A stretch of 59,167 nt of DNA, the filler included. It is 4 parts of 4 records of this genome, joined end to end, with 100 filler letters (N's around TTAATTAATTAA, not from the genome) between each part and the next. Parts side by side here need not be neighbours in the genome. Positions count along the whole stretch, not along the records: positions 38,909 to 59,167 come from SRR31156797_1265; 3 more parts are not named here. One strand, written 5' to 3'. A model generated the notes under the pieces. The model saw only the letters and a program-made list of their open reading frames with translations. It was not told the DNA's origin and did not search any database. The position numbers and the translations under genes are program-made. Below, piece after piece: positions 49,475 through 59,167 of this stretch. Each line of letters starts with the position of its first letter. Position 1 is the stretch's first letter.

Positions 49475-51142
49475 CTAGCCTTTTACTCTATTTTCTAAAT
49501 ACTCAACTTTATGTTTGTATTTTTCATCTTGTTTTAGCTCTTTTAATACTTCCTTTACATTCCTAATAAAAGGCTTTAAGTCTCCATATTTATCTATTCT
49601 TTGTATCAATAAGGATACAAAGTCTTTATCAGATAATATAAACCCTTTTATTTTTTCTAAGCTCAAATCATTTATTTTTTCTTGTTTTTCATATTCAAGT
49701 CCATTTCTTGAAATTGATTGTTCGAGTAACAATACAATTTCATTTGAAGTTATTGTCTCATCTTTTGCTTTTAAACTTTCCAAATATTCGATTACTTCAG
49801 AGTTATTCTCTCTTTTTATTTGTTGATATTTCTCATCATGATATTGAAATGAATCTTTAAAACTTTTATATTCATAAGTTTTTAGAAAGTTTTTTTGAAT
49901 ATTGATAAAAAGAGTATTATAATCATTATCTGAGGAACCTTTAATGTCATTTATTTCATTTTTTATAGAATCAAAAGTTTGTACTTTCAATATATTTTCT
50001 TGATGCAATGACAAAAATTTAAATAACTTGTCATCATACTGCTGAAGATTAGACTTAAAATCACATAAGTTGTCTTCCAGTATTTTCTTAAATTGACTTC
50101 TTAAATTATTATGTTCTAGGTTTATTTTTTCCTCTGAAATAAAATATTGTATACTATTTTTTTTCATATTGTGATGACATATAAAATCTATTACTATATC
50201 ATCTAAAATATCTCCTTTTAAATCCTTTATATAATATTCAAATTCTCGAAGCTGTTTATTTTTTCTAATAAATTCTTTTATTTCAGAAGAATATTCATTA
50301 TTACCAAACTGTTGTTCCCATTCTTCTTTTTTATATGTATGAAACATGTCAAAATCTTTAAAACCAAATTCATGATAAACAAAAGAGATACTAAAAAAAG
50401 TTTCAAAAACTGTTTCTAGTATTTCTGTTTCTAAATTCTTAATATCTTCTTCATCTAAAAAACCGTTTAATGAATTTATCATTTTATTTATCGTTCTTAT
50501 ATTTTTTATCTTATTTGCCTCAATGTACTTGTAAAGATACTTTTTATAGATTTCTCTAGGCTTGATAATTTCTTTTATAAAAGTAAAGTCAGGAGAAAAC
50601 AGTACCTCAAAATCTATCACTTTTTCTTTTTGTTCTTTAAACTCTACTTGTTTTTTTTGTTTTATTTTTTCTTCATTTAAAATCAATACAACTCTACAAT
50701 GTTTATTTTCTTTTAAATCAGAGATAAAACCAAAAAGTTCATTTATAGTTATTTTATTCGATAGTCTTTCAAAATCATCTAAACAAATTACAAGTTCTTT
50801 AAAATCACTTGGTTTAAGTGCCGACAAAACTGACTTAGCATTGATACCATAAATATTAATATCTTTTAAAAACTTAAATCTATTTTCTACTAAATTATCT
50901 AAGATATTTAATTCTGATATTTGAAGTAAAATACTATTTTCTATATCTTCAATAGATTTTAATCCATATAAAGATACGTAAGCATTATTATAATATTGGT
51001 TTTCAATAAATTTTTTCCAAAAAGTACTTTTTCCACTACCCCATTCACCTTTTAAAGCTACTACTTTTGGATCAGTACCTTTACCAATAAGTTTTAATAA
51101 TTTGTCTTTAATTTCAGTACTGAAACTATTTTTATTGTTCAA
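49475..51142 (-). CDS. KAP-family P-loop NTPase
   Basis: ALKGEWGSGKS Walker A, YVSLYG, ICLDDFER Walker B, KEKVID. Confidence 0.85.
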   Translation of the reverse strand: MNNKNSFSTEIKDKLLKLIGKGTDPKVVALKGEWGSGKSTFWKKFIENQYYNNAYVSLYGLKSIEDIENSILLQISELNILDNLVENRFKFLKDINIYGINAKSVLSALKPSDFKELVICLDDFERLSNKITINELFGFISDLKENKHCRVVLILNEEKIKQKKQVEFKEQKEKVIDFEVLFSPDFTFIKEIIKPREIYKKYLYKYIEANKIKNIRTINKMINSLNGFLDEEDIKNLETEILETVFETFFSISFVYHEFGFKDFDMFHTYKKEEWEQQFGNNEYSSEIKEFIRKNKQLREFEYYIKDLKGDILDDIVIDFICHHNMKKNSIQYFISEEKINLEHNNLRSQFKKILEDNLCDFKSNLQQYDDKLFKFLSLHQENILKVQTFDSIKNEINDIKGSSDNDYNTLFINIQKNFLKTYEYKSFKDSFQYHDEKYQQIKRENNSEVIEYLESLKAKDETITSNEIVLLLEQSISRNGLEYEKQEKINDLSLEKIKGFILSDKDFVSLLIQRIDKYGDLKPFIRNVKEVLKELKQDEKYKHKVEYLENRVKG

Positions 51143-51530
51143 TAGTTTGTTTCCTTATTTTTATTAACTCATTATGCTCAATTAAAAAGACTAAAGTCTG
51201 CATCACATAATATCGTATCGCTTCTCTTGTCTCTTGATTTAGAGAAAAAACTTTCTGACCTCTTATAGTTTTTCCTTTGCCAAAAAGTATAGAGTATTTA
51301 TCATCAATATATTTTCCACGAAGCCAGCCTATATGGATATACTCATCATATGCTTTTATATAACAAAATCCACCCTCTTTATTTGAAAAAGTAGTAGTGT
51401 TTTCATTTCTTTTTTCTTTTACTTCATTGCCAATAGCTATCTTTATATAATCTCTTACTTGTAAATAGAGTTCTGATAAAGGAGAGTTTGAATCTTTTTC
51501 AAAGGCAGTTCGTTTTGTAGTTTTATTCAT
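51132..51530 (-). CDS. DUF1801-like protein
   Basis: FCYIK....IHIGWLRG..I.D....L.GKGKTIR pattern. Confidence 0.6.
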   Translation of the reverse strand: MNKTTKRTAFEKDSNSPLSELYLQVRDYIKIAIGNEVKEKRNENTTTFSNKEGGFCYIKAYDEYIHIGWLRGKYIDDKYSILFGKGKTIRGQKVFSLNQETREAIRYYVMQTLVFLIEHNELIKIRKQTIEQ

Positions 51531-51570
51531 AGAAGAATTGTAGCATAAAGTTTGCTTTAAAGTAGAGAAG

Positions 51571-51596
51571 ATAAAAAGAGTAAAAACTCTTTTTAT
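51571..51596 (-). terminator. Weak AT-rich hairpin after yjdM-like gene
   Basis: ATAAAAAGAGT-AAAA-ACTCTTTTTAT. Confidence 0.55.
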
Positions 51597-51604
51597 AGAA
51601 AGGC

Positions 51605-51946
51605 TTATTGTTTTTTTACAAACTCTTGTTTTAGTTTTATCGCTCCAACACCTGGAACCTTACAGTCAATATTATGACCATCACCACTCTCAACAAGTCT
51701 GATCCCTTTGATCTTTGTACCAACTTTAATCCCTGACGAGCTTCCTTTTACTTTTAAGTCTTTAATAACTGTTACATCATCCCCATCACTTAAAATATTT
51801 CCATTTGAATCTTTTACAACTAAAGTATCTTCCTCTTCACTCTCATTTGCAGACCACTCATATGCACACTCTGGACAAATAAGTAAAGGTCCATCTTCAT
51901 ATACATATTCACTTCCGCATTTCGGACAATTTGGTAAACTCTCCAT
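51605..51946 (-). CDS. Zinc-ribbon protein YjdM/PhnA family
   Basis: LPNCPKC.SEY.YED...[29 protein letters not shown]. Confidence 0.93.
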   Translation of the reverse strand: MESLPNCPKCGSEYVYEDGPLLICPECAYEWSANESEEEDTLVVKDSNGNILSDGDDVTVIKDLKVKGSSSGIKVGTKIKGIRLVESGDGHNIDCKVPGVGAIKLKQEFVKKQ

Positions 51947-52003
51947 TTACTTCCTTTAAAATTTTTTCGTATTTTAGAATAATCTCCATGAGATGTCAAA
52001 TAG

Positions 52004-54256
52004 CTAGCTTTTTTTATCTACCAGACTTAAAACTGCAGGCAGTAATACAAGATCAAAAAGAAGTGCAAGATTTAGTGCAGTCACTGTAACTATTGCAAAG
52101 TTTACATTGGGAATAAAACTACTGAGTCCAAAAACTGCAAAGGTAATAGAGAGAATAAAAGTGGTTAAAACCATCGCATTTCCACTGTGACTTATCACAT
52201 AATCGATACTCTGTTGAAAATCTCTGTGTTTAATACTCTCAAGATATTTACTAAAAAAGTGTATCGTATCATCTACAGCTACTCCTAGAATCACAGCAGC
52301 ACTAATAGCTACTCCTATATCAATACTAATTCCAAGATATCCCATCACCCCACCTACTAAAAGGATAGGCATAATATTTGGTAAAATAAATAACAGTAGT
52401 ATCTTTATCCTTTTAAAAATAAAAAGCATTGCTATACTTACAATAAGTAATGTCACTGATATAGAAATGATTAAGGTATCAGTTACACTTTTTTGCATAT
52501 AAGCAAAAATAGTTGTCTGCCCTTGTACTTCTGCACTATAACTGCTATTTTTCTGCCACCAGTTTTCAATCCACTCTATCATATAGAGATCTTTTGAGGT
52601 ATCTTGGATATTACTATTCAAAGTGAGTCGTAGATATCTTTCATTGGTATCTATTTTATCATTTATCTCCATCCCTTGGGGAAGGCTCATGGAGTATAAA
52701 AGGATATATTGTGCTACAAGATTTTTACTCTCAGGAATATCCTCTTTTGCATCTTTATTTAAAGTATGCTGCATACGAACTACAATATCTTTTATAGAAG
52801 TAGAAAAAGTAATATTTGAAAAGTTTTCTTTGAGCTCTTTTTCAAACTTTACAATAGTATTTAAAAACAGAGGCTCTTTTATCCCCTCTTTGATTTTAGA
52901 ATCTATGATCACCTCATAGATCATACTTCCTGTGATATTGTTTTGTACAAAGTCACTTCCACTTCTTACAACGGTATCTTTTGAAAAGTATTTAATACTA
53001 TTGCTATCAACTTTTACTTGTGTAAGCCCATAAAGGATCGTAATAAAAACTAAACTAAAAAAGATCACTATCTTTTTATCATTTCTTTGGATAAAGGCTC
53101 CATACCCTTGGATATGTAAAAAGTTTAAAAAAGTGATCGCTCTTACTTTATACTCTTTTTTGAGTATCAATAAAATAGCAGGTGCTAAAGTGATACTTAA
53201 AATAAAAGCTAAAAGTGCGGCACTAGAGATTGCAACTCCTAGAGTTACAATGGGTTCAATAGAACTTAAAGCTAAAGATGAAAATCCAATGGCAGTAGTT
53301 ACTGAAGTCATAGCTATTGGGACTAGATTTGCTCGTAAGGCTTTTTCTAACGCCTCTTTGTTTTCCATACCTTTTTGCTTATAAAATACCCATGCAAGAT
53401 ATAAGTGCATAGAATCTGCTATGGCGATGGCACTAACAAAAGATGGGATATTGACCGTAAAATTATTTAAACTATATCCTAAGATAAACTGCATACTCAA
53501 AGTTGGTAAAAAAGTAAAAATAATCACAACAGAAGGGACTAAAACCCCTACCATATTTCGAAATAAGATAAATAATAGTGTTACTACAGAGATAACCGCA
53601 AAAGGGATTAAGATCATAGCATCTTTTTGTGATACATTTACTAAGGATGCTGTAACCGCTGGTGCTCCTGAAATATAAAACTTATACCCTGTCTTTTTTT
53701 CATACTCTAAGGTAAGCTTTTCAATCTCTTTCATTACCTTAATATTAACCGTTTCATCTGCTCCAATGGCACTTGTAAGTTTTAGTGAAAATAGTGTTGT
53801 TTTCCCATCTTTACTTATAAGCTGATTGAGTATCAAATCATCTTTTAATGCAATTTTTTCTTTTTTTTGTAATTGATCTGCTTCATAAAAAAAATCTTCT
53901 ACAATAATATCATCATCTTCACTATAGATATATTGATAGTTTGTAAGAGAATCAACTTTTTGAACCCCTTGTATTTTCTTAAATTCACTCGTCATCGCTA
54001 AGATAGTATCGATAGCTTTTTTATTAAATATCCCTTGTTCATCTTTAAAAGCGATGATAAAAGTATCATCTCCACTAAAAGTACTTCGAAAGTTATCATA
54101 ATTTTTCATAATTTGAGAATCTTTATCAAACCAGATTCGATAACTCCCCTCAAAAGCAATATCTTTTAAAGCGATACTTAAAAGTGCCACTAGAAGTGTC
54201 ACACTCACTACAATAACATATTTAAATCGATCTAAGATCTCTATATATCTTTTCAT
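52004..54256 (-). CDS. MMPL/RND family transporter
   Basis: Two repeats of TM + periplasmic domain + 5 TM; AIAIADSMH and GVAVDDTIH motifs. Confidence 0.9.
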   Translation of the reverse strand: MKRYIEILDRFKYVIVVSVTLLVALLSIALKDIAFEGSYRIWFDKDSQIMKNYDNFRSTFSGDDTFIIAFKDEQGIFNKKAIDTILAMTSEFKKIQGVQKVDSLTNYQYIYSEDDDIIVEDFFYEADQLQKKEKIALKDDLILNQLISKDGKTTLFSLKLTSAIGADETVNIKVMKEIEKLTLEYEKKTGYKFYISGAPAVTASLVNVSQKDAMILIPFAVISVVTLLFILFRNMVGVLVPSVVIIFTFLPTLSMQFILGYSLNNFTVNIPSFVSAIAIADSMHLYLAWVFYKQKGMENKEALEKALRANLVPIAMTSVTTAIGFSSLALSSIEPIVTLGVAISSAALLAFILSITLAPAILLILKKEYKVRAITFLNFLHIQGYGAFIQRNDKKIVIFFSLVFITILYGLTQVKVDSNSIKYFSKDTVVRSGSDFVQNNITGSMIYEVIIDSKIKEGIKEPLFLNTIVKFEKELKENFSNITFSTSIKDIVVRMQHTLNKDAKEDIPESKNLVAQYILLYSMSLPQGMEINDKIDTNERYLRLTLNSNIQDTSKDLYMIEWIENWWQKNSSYSAEVQGQTTIFAYMQKSVTDTLIISISVTLLIVSIAMLFIFKRIKILLLFILPNIMPILLVGGVMGYLGISIDIGVAISAAVILGVAVDDTIHFFSKYLESIKHRDFQQSIDYVISHSGNAMVLTTFILSITFAVFGLSSFIPNVNFAIVTVTALNLALLFDLVLLPAVLSLVDKKS

Positions 54257-54267
54257 AACATCACCTT

Positions 54268-55419
54268 TTAAAAGCTATAAGTGAGCCCAAGTATCACACG
54301 CGTAGAATCACCAAATGGCGTCATAACACTTTGTTTTTTAGCCTGTACATTTAAAAGTTCGGCATTGAAAACAAGACCATCTCTTATTCTAGTACTTAGC
54401 TCTGTTTTGATTACTTTTTCACTATTTTGTGTATCAAATAAGATACCTGTTTTAAGTTCAGTTGCATCTACATCATTCAGATTAAGTTTAAAGGCAAGAA
54501 AAAGATCATTATTATACACTTCAGATATATCTATATTTTTGACTCCATCTTCAAAATATTTATATTTATAATACTCTAAATACAAAGTCAAATCACTTCC
54601 TTTTATATCATAGATCCCTTTTTCTACCCCAAATGATAGTTGTGCATAATCACTTAAAAGCTCATCATCTATATCTGTTCCTACCATTTCTATTTTAAAG
54701 ATATAATCTTTATAAAGCATATTCATCAAATATAAAAGTTTAGTAGCTCGATACGCTTTTTGTTTTAAAGTAAGATTATCAAGTATCATTCCTCTTTTTG
54801 AATCATACCCATGCCAAAGTATCAACCTATTTTCACTCTCTATCTCTTCAGTTGTAAATCCATATTTTAAATAAAAACTAGGGGTATATTTTGAATCACT
54901 TGTTTGAAGATCATCACTATACTTTAATAAAAAAGGATAATAAGGATCATCACTTTTTGGATATTTGAGATCCTCTTCATAAAGTTTTGTACCAACTTCT
55001 AAACTTGAGTTATCAAAATAAAAAATACTATTTAGAGTATATGAGCCTATTTTTTTATCTTTATCAAAAGGATCAAAAAGATATCTTTTTTTATTAAAAA
55101 TATCAGCCACATTATATCCCTCTAACTCTCCCCAATACTTGATCTGCTTTCCAAGATTTACAGTGGAGTTTGAAAACTCTTTTATAAAATACAACTCATT
55201 GATATCAAAATATCTTTTTTTAGAATACTCACTACTATAAAGATACTCTAGTTTACTATTAATAGAGAAATGGTCATTTTGATATTCTAGTTTTGTCTCT
55301 CCATTGAAGAGATTTTCATTTTTAAAATTATCATATGAGATATAGTTGTACGAAATATCTGTTTTATGATCTAGCGCATAAAGACTTACACAAAAAACTA
55401 AAATTAATAAGCATCTCAT
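54268..55419 (-). CDS. Probable outer-membrane beta-barrel protein
   Basis: Signal peptide, INELY, GKQIKYWG, aromatic-rich strands, terminal LTYSF. Confidence 0.72.
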   Translation of the reverse strand: MRCLLILVFCVSLYALDHKTDISYNYISYDNFKNENLFNGETKLEYQNDHFSINSKLEYLYSSEYSKKRYFDINELYFIKEFSNSTVNLGKQIKYWGELEGYNVADIFNKKRYLFDPFDKDKKIGSYTLNSIFYFDNSSLEVGTKLYEEDLKYPKSDDPYYPFLLKYSDDLQTSDSKYTPSFYLKYGFTTEEIESENRLILWHGYDSKRGMILDNLTLKQKAYRATKLLYLMNMLYKDYIFKIEMVGTDIDDELLSDYAQLSFGVEKGIYDIKGSDLTLYLEYYKYKYFEDGVKNIDISEVYNNDLFLAFKLNLNDVDATELKTGILFDTQNSEKVIKTELSTRIRDGLVFNAELLNVQAKKQSVMTPFGDSTRVILGLTYSF

Positions 55420-56162
55420 TTTAAGACTCTTTTAGAAAAATCTCTTTCTTTAAGATTTTGTTTGATTCTATCCTCATCCCAAATTAATATAGATGTTTTA
55501 TTGTTTTGAAGATTTTCCATCACTATCTTTTCTATTCTATAAATCCCATCAATTGATCTATATTTTTCAAATCGGATTTTTTTTAAAAGTCTATCTTGTT
55601 TATCAAAATACTCCCCATGTGAGGCTAAATAGGTTGTAGCATCAATGTAGACAATTTGTCTTTTATATCCACTATTTTTATCTTTAGGAATTCTCTCTAT
55701 CACTAGATACTCTTTTCCCTCAATACTCATAGGAATTGCTTCCCCTTTATAATTATAGTTTTTATAGTTTTGAGAAGAGATATCTTCATAGCTAAACTCA
55801 CTAGCCATAAAAGAACCTGATTTATTTCGTGAACTTATTCGCTTTACTCTTTTAAGTGCAGGAAGATACAACCATTGTTTATCATCTCCTCCAAGTACTT
55901 CGTAACTTAAAAGTTTCGTATCTTTGATATCATTTGGATATAAAAAATTGATCAAAGATTTATCCCCATCTATGTTTTCAAGTTTTGTGATCTCTAACTT
56001 TCTAATATTCTCCTCCCCATTTGCATTTTTTAATACCATGGTTGTTTTTGAGATACTACTTTTATACCCTGCCATTACATCATATGATCTTTTTGCCACC
56101 TCTTCTTGCATCATCCCAAATAAAGAACCAAGTATAGAGATCAACACCATTAAAGCTTTCAT
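55416..56162 (-). CDS. Outer-membrane lipoprotein-sorting (LolA-like) protein
   Basis: F..P.DIK.T..L, DDKQWLYLPALKRVKRIS, GSFMASEFSYED. Confidence 0.87.
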   Translation of the reverse strand: MKALMVLISILGSLFGMMQEEVAKRSYDVMAGYKSSISKTTMVLKNANGEENIRKLEITKLENIDGDKSLINFLYPNDIKDTKLLSYEVLGGDDKQWLYLPALKRVKRISSRNKSGSFMASEFSYEDISSQNYKNYNYKGEAIPMSIEGKEYLVIERIPKDKNSGYKRQIVYIDATTYLASHGEYFDKQDRLLKKIRFEKYRSIDGIYRIEKIVMENLQNNKTSILIWDEDRIKQNLKERDFSKRVLK

Positions 56163-56183
56163 ATTTTCCTCCAGATTTTTAAA

Positions 56184-56221
56184 GTAAACAATGTTAACAT
56201 AATAATGTAAACATTGTCAAC
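56184..56221. promoter_or_regulatory. Two imperfect palindromes, probable TetR operators
   Basis: GTAAACAATGTTAAC (56184-56198) and GTAAACATTGTCAAC (56207-56221) between divergent genes. Confidence 0.7.
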
Positions 56222-56269
56222 ATATCAAAGAATAAATTTTTTCATTTCCTTTTATGTTATAATGCCGCT

Positions 56270-56929
56270 ATGCAAAAAAATGACTACCACCATGGAAATT
56301 TAAAAGAGGAGTTATTACAAATAGCTTTTGAGTTTATCGATAAAGAAGATGCAGATAAACTTACTCTAAAAGTACTTAGTGACGCGACTGGTACATCAAG
56401 AAGTGCTATCTATAGACACTTTAAAAATAAAGATGAATTGATAGAGACTCTTATAAAGACTGGGTTTGAAAGGTTTGATAATGAAGTCTCCCCTATTTTA
56501 TTAGATAGTTCAAAAAACCTTGTAGATAGATTTTACATAAGTGCTAAAGCCTATATGCAGTTTGCATCACAGAACCCTAATCTTTACCGTCTACTTTTTG
56601 GTAAAAAATATGCTTATATTAGAGAAGAGAGTATGAGTCTTAAAAATGAAGACTGTAGTGGATTTGGGGCTTTAAAACTAGCTATTGAAGAGGGGCAAAA
56701 AAGTGGGATCTTAAAAAAAGAGGATAGTTATCATCAAACTATTTTGATATGGTCTTCGTTACATGGTCTTGCAACTCTAAGAATAGATGGATTTATGGAT
56801 ATAGAAGAGATTTTTGATGAACTTTTTGATCAACTTTTTAAATCTCTACTAGAAGCTAATATGGCTAAAAAAATAAAACTTCTCTCTTCTATTCCATATG
56901 TTAATAAACTCATTGAGCCTAAAAAATAG
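56270..56929 (+). CDS. TetR/AcrR family regulator (WHG-type C-terminus)
   Basis: YHHGNLK, GTSRSAIYRHFKNK HTH, WSSLHG. Confidence 0.92.
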   Translation: MQKNDYHHGNLKEELLQIAFEFIDKEDADKLTLKVLSDATGTSRSAIYRHFKNKDELIETLIKTGFERFDNEVSPILLDSSKNLVDRFYISAKAYMQFASQNPNLYRLLFGKKYAYIREESMSLKNEDCSGFGALKLAIEEGQKSGILKKEDSYHQTILIWSSLHGLATLRIDGFMDIEEIFDELFDQLFKSLLEANMAKKIKLLSSIPYVNKLIEPKK

Positions 56930-56934
56930 AGATT

Positions 56935-57693
56935 TTATTTAGAAAACAAAGTCCCTTGTGTGTGATTATTATGAAGTAAAAACTCTTTTACATTTGTAAG
57001 ATCAAAACCACTTGTTAAAAACATCTTTTTATTATTTTGTATTAAAAAATCTGCTGCTTTTAATTTTGTCACTATTCCTCCAGTTGCAAATTCACTATTT
57101 GCACTATGTTGTTGCTCTAAGAGTTCTGGATCAATAGAGCTTACAAACTTTTGGAGTTTTGCATCTTTATTCTCATGTGGATTTTCATCGTAAAATCCAT
57201 CAATATCAGTCAAGATTGCTAAAATATCTGCATCAAAAAAGTGAGTGATATAAGCTGATAGCTGATCATTATCTCCAAATACAAGCTCTTCAACTGCAGT
57301 TACATCATTTTCATTCATAACTGGAACCACACCATTTTTTAGCATCACATCAATTGCTGCTTTTGCATGACTGAGTCTTGTTTCATCTTTAAATATAGAT
57401 GCTTCTAAAAGCACTTGTGAGCAGATGATCTCATATTTTGCAAACTCTCTTCTATAAGTATGCATCAACAGTGGTTGTCCTATTGAAGCTAGAGCTTGTT
57501 TATTTGCCACATCACTTTTATCAAGTGCTAAAGCTGTATATCCAGCTGCAACTGCACCTGAACTTACTAAGATCACTTCATATTTTTGTTTTAATTGTGA
57601 GATAAACTCTACAAGATTATCAAGTCTTCTATGAGCTATCTTTCCATTTTGAGTAAGAACTGCTGATCCTACTTTTAAAACTACTCTTCGCAT
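56935..57693 (-). CDS. proB: Glutamate 5-kinase
   Basis: [40 protein letters not shown]. Confidence 0.95.
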   Translation of the reverse strand: MRRVVLKVGSAVLTQNGKIAHRRLDNLVEFISQLKQKYEVILVSSGAVAAGYTALALDKSDVANKQALASIGQPLLMHTYRREFAKYEIICSQVLLEASIFKDETRLSHAKAAIDVMLKNGVVPVMNENDVTAVEELVFGDNDQLSAYITHFFDADILAILTDIDGFYDENPHENKDAKLQKFVSSIDPELLEQQHSANSEFATGGIVTKLKAADFLIQNNKKMFLTSGFDLTNVKEFLLHNNHTQGTLFSK

Positions 57694-58781
57694 TTATCCC
57701 TACTTATAAGATCAAAGAGTGCATATTTTATTGAACCAGTATTTTGGGCAGTTGCCGAAGATATTGGTAAAATAAAATATGGTAATTGATCATTATATTT
57801 TGTAAATTCTAAATCTTGAATAAAATAGTTTTTCTCTTTATCAAATCCAAAACTATTTTTGTCCGAGAGATCGAATCCAAGCTCTTTAATAAAACTTTCA
57901 ATTTTCTCATTCAACTCTTCAGATGGAATTGCATCTATTTTACTTAAAGCAATTGCATATTTTCTTGAAGCCAATTCACTTGAAAACTTTGCAACTTCCT
58001 CTTTTAAGACATTGTACTGATCTATCATCTCTCTATAGTTTGATATATCTATCATATAAAGTAATGTTTTTGTTCGCTCAATATGTCGTAAAAAGTCTAG
58101 TCCTAAACCTCTTCCATCACTTGCACCATCAATGATCCCTGGGATATCAGCTGCTACAAAAGAGTTATACTCACCCACTTCTACCACTCCAAGCTTTGGA
58201 GTTAGAGTAGTAAACTCATAGTTTGCAACTTGTGGTTTTGCATTTGAGATAGTCGAAATTAGAGTTGATTTCCCAACATTTGGATATCCAACAAGTCCCA
58301 CATCTGCGATGAGTTTGAGTTCAAGTCTTATAGCTTTTTCCTCTGCTGGCATTCCAGGTTGCGCATGCATTGGTGTTTGGTTTCGTGAACTTTTAAAGTG
58401 AAAGTTTCCAAGTCCACCTTTTCCACCTTCTAAAAGTGTTTGTTGTTCCCCTTCAACTAAAAGATCAAGTATCACTTCATCAGTTTCACTATCAATCACC
58501 TGAGTTCCTGGTGGCACTTTTAAAATAAGTGGATCAGCTGATTTTCCAGTCTTTCGACTTCCCATACCTGGTTGTCCATTCTCAGCATTAAGTACTCTTC
58601 TTCCTTTGTACCATGAAAGTGTATCTGTGTTGTTATCTACTTCAAAGATAACATCTCCACCTTTTCCACCGTCTCCTCCATTTGGACCACCTTGTACTAC
58701 AAATTTTTCTCTTCTAAATGCAACACAACCTGCTCCACCTTTTCCAGACTTAACAGTAAAACTAACACTATCTACAAACAT
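57681..58781 (-). CDS. obgE: GTPase ObgE
   Basis: [33 protein letters not shown]. Confidence 0.97.
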   Translation of the reverse strand: MFVDSVSFTVKSGKGGAGCVAFRREKFVVQGGPNGGDGGKGGDVIFEVDNNTDTLSWYKGRRVLNAENGQPGMGSRKTGKSADPLILKVPPGTQVIDSETDEVILDLLVEGEQQTLLEGGKGGLGNFHFKSSRNQTPMHAQPGMPAEEKAIRLELKLIADVGLVGYPNVGKSTLISTISNAKPQVANYEFTTLTPKLGVVEVGEYNSFVAADIPGIIDGASDGRGLGLDFLRHIERTKTLLYMIDISNYREMIDQYNVLKEEVAKFSSELASRKYAIALSKIDAIPSEELNEKIESFIKELGFDLSDKNSFGFDKEKNYFIQDLEFTKYNDQLPYFILPISSATAQNTGSIKYALFDLISRDKCEE

Positions 58782-58807
58782 TTTTACCCTTTTTTATGCT
58801 ATAACTA

Positions 58808-58838
58808 AAAAAGGCACCGCATAACTTTGCGGTGCCTT
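58808..58838 (-). terminator. Terminator hairpin between rpmA and obgE
   Basis: AAAGGCACCGCA...TGCGGTGCCTTT with U tract on the minus strand. Confidence 0.8.
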
Positions 58839-58862
58839 TAAAGAACTCTTTTGTTTCAGAGA

Positions 58863-59117
58863 TTACGAAGCGTAAACTGAAACTTTCTTTCTTTTTTTAT
58901 CTTTTGTTTCGAACTTTACAACACCATCAATTAAAGCATAAATTGTATGATCTTTTCCAATTCCAACATTCTCACCAACGTGTACTTTTGTACCTCTTTG
59001 TCTAATAATGATGTTTCCAGCTACAACTGATTCACCACCAAATTTTTTAACTCCTAGTCTTCGACCAGCTGAGTCTCTATTATTATTAGTACTACCTTGA
59101 CCTTTCTTGTGAGCCAT
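58863..59117 (-). CDS. rpmA: 50S ribosomal protein L27
   Basis: [28 protein letters not shown]. Confidence 0.98.
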   Translation of the reverse strand: MAHKKGQGSTNNNRDSAGRRLGVKKFGGESVVAGNIIIRQRGTKVHVGENVGIGKDHTIYALIDGVVKFETKDKKRKKVSVYAS

Positions 59118-59127
59118 ATTTTACCCC

Positions 59128-59167
59128 TTATGCAGCTATTTTAGTAATTCTAACTTTAGTGAAGCTT
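59128..59167 (-). CDS. rplU: 50S ribosomal protein L21, last codons only
   Basis: SFTKVRITKIAA* immediately upstream of rpmA. Confidence 0.8.
   Translation of the reverse strand, partial: SFTKVRITKIAA

Noticed and set aside
46310-51946. Integron-like cassette array in the accessory block
   Set aside because: Genes are co-oriented, but intergenic regions show no shared attC-like repeat and no integrase

Overview
The window is not one chromosome segment. It is four unrelated contigs joined by artificial 100-bp linkers (N44-TTAATTAATTAA-N44) at 18684-18783, 27880-27979 and 38809-38908; taxonomic calls below are inferred from protein sequence, synteny and base composition. Contig 1 (1-18683, Desulfovibrionaceae-like): atpF'/F/H/A, bactofilin, rodA-mrdA-mreDCB, a TIGR01212-type radical SAM gene, a three-gene polysaccharide module bracketed by inverted copies of a short repeat, pstSCA with a PHO-box-like array, and a flavoenzyme with eukaryote-type UDP-galactopyranose mutase motifs. 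Contig 2 (18784-27879, Bacteroidota): 3' ftsZ, yqeY, a beta-helix/T9SS secreted pair, and a Cys-rich Crp/Fnr regulator divergent from sqr-DUF1641-tusE-like genes. Contig 3 (27980-38808, AT-rich Campylobacterota-like): truncated tRNA-Ser(GCT), several two-component genes, vapBC, and a c-di-GMP-I riboswitch with a readable translational expression platform and a 27-aa leader ORF coupled to a pseudo-receiver histidine kinase. Contig 4 (38909-59167, Arcobacteraceae-like): the conserved rplU-rpmA-obgE-proB...fmt-birA-parA-parB-atp block, interrupted by about 10.6 kb of accessory genes (ATPase-nuclease, antitoxin-RelE-Nudix operon, KAP NTPase, MMPL transport trio with TetR). The best candidates for undescribed biology are the riboswitch/leader-ORF/kinase unit, the TA-coupled NUDT6-like Nudix, the Crp-SQR-DUF1641-TusE module, and the TCS-linked secreted propeller-like protein. 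No CRISPR array, rRNA, transposase or integrase was seen.
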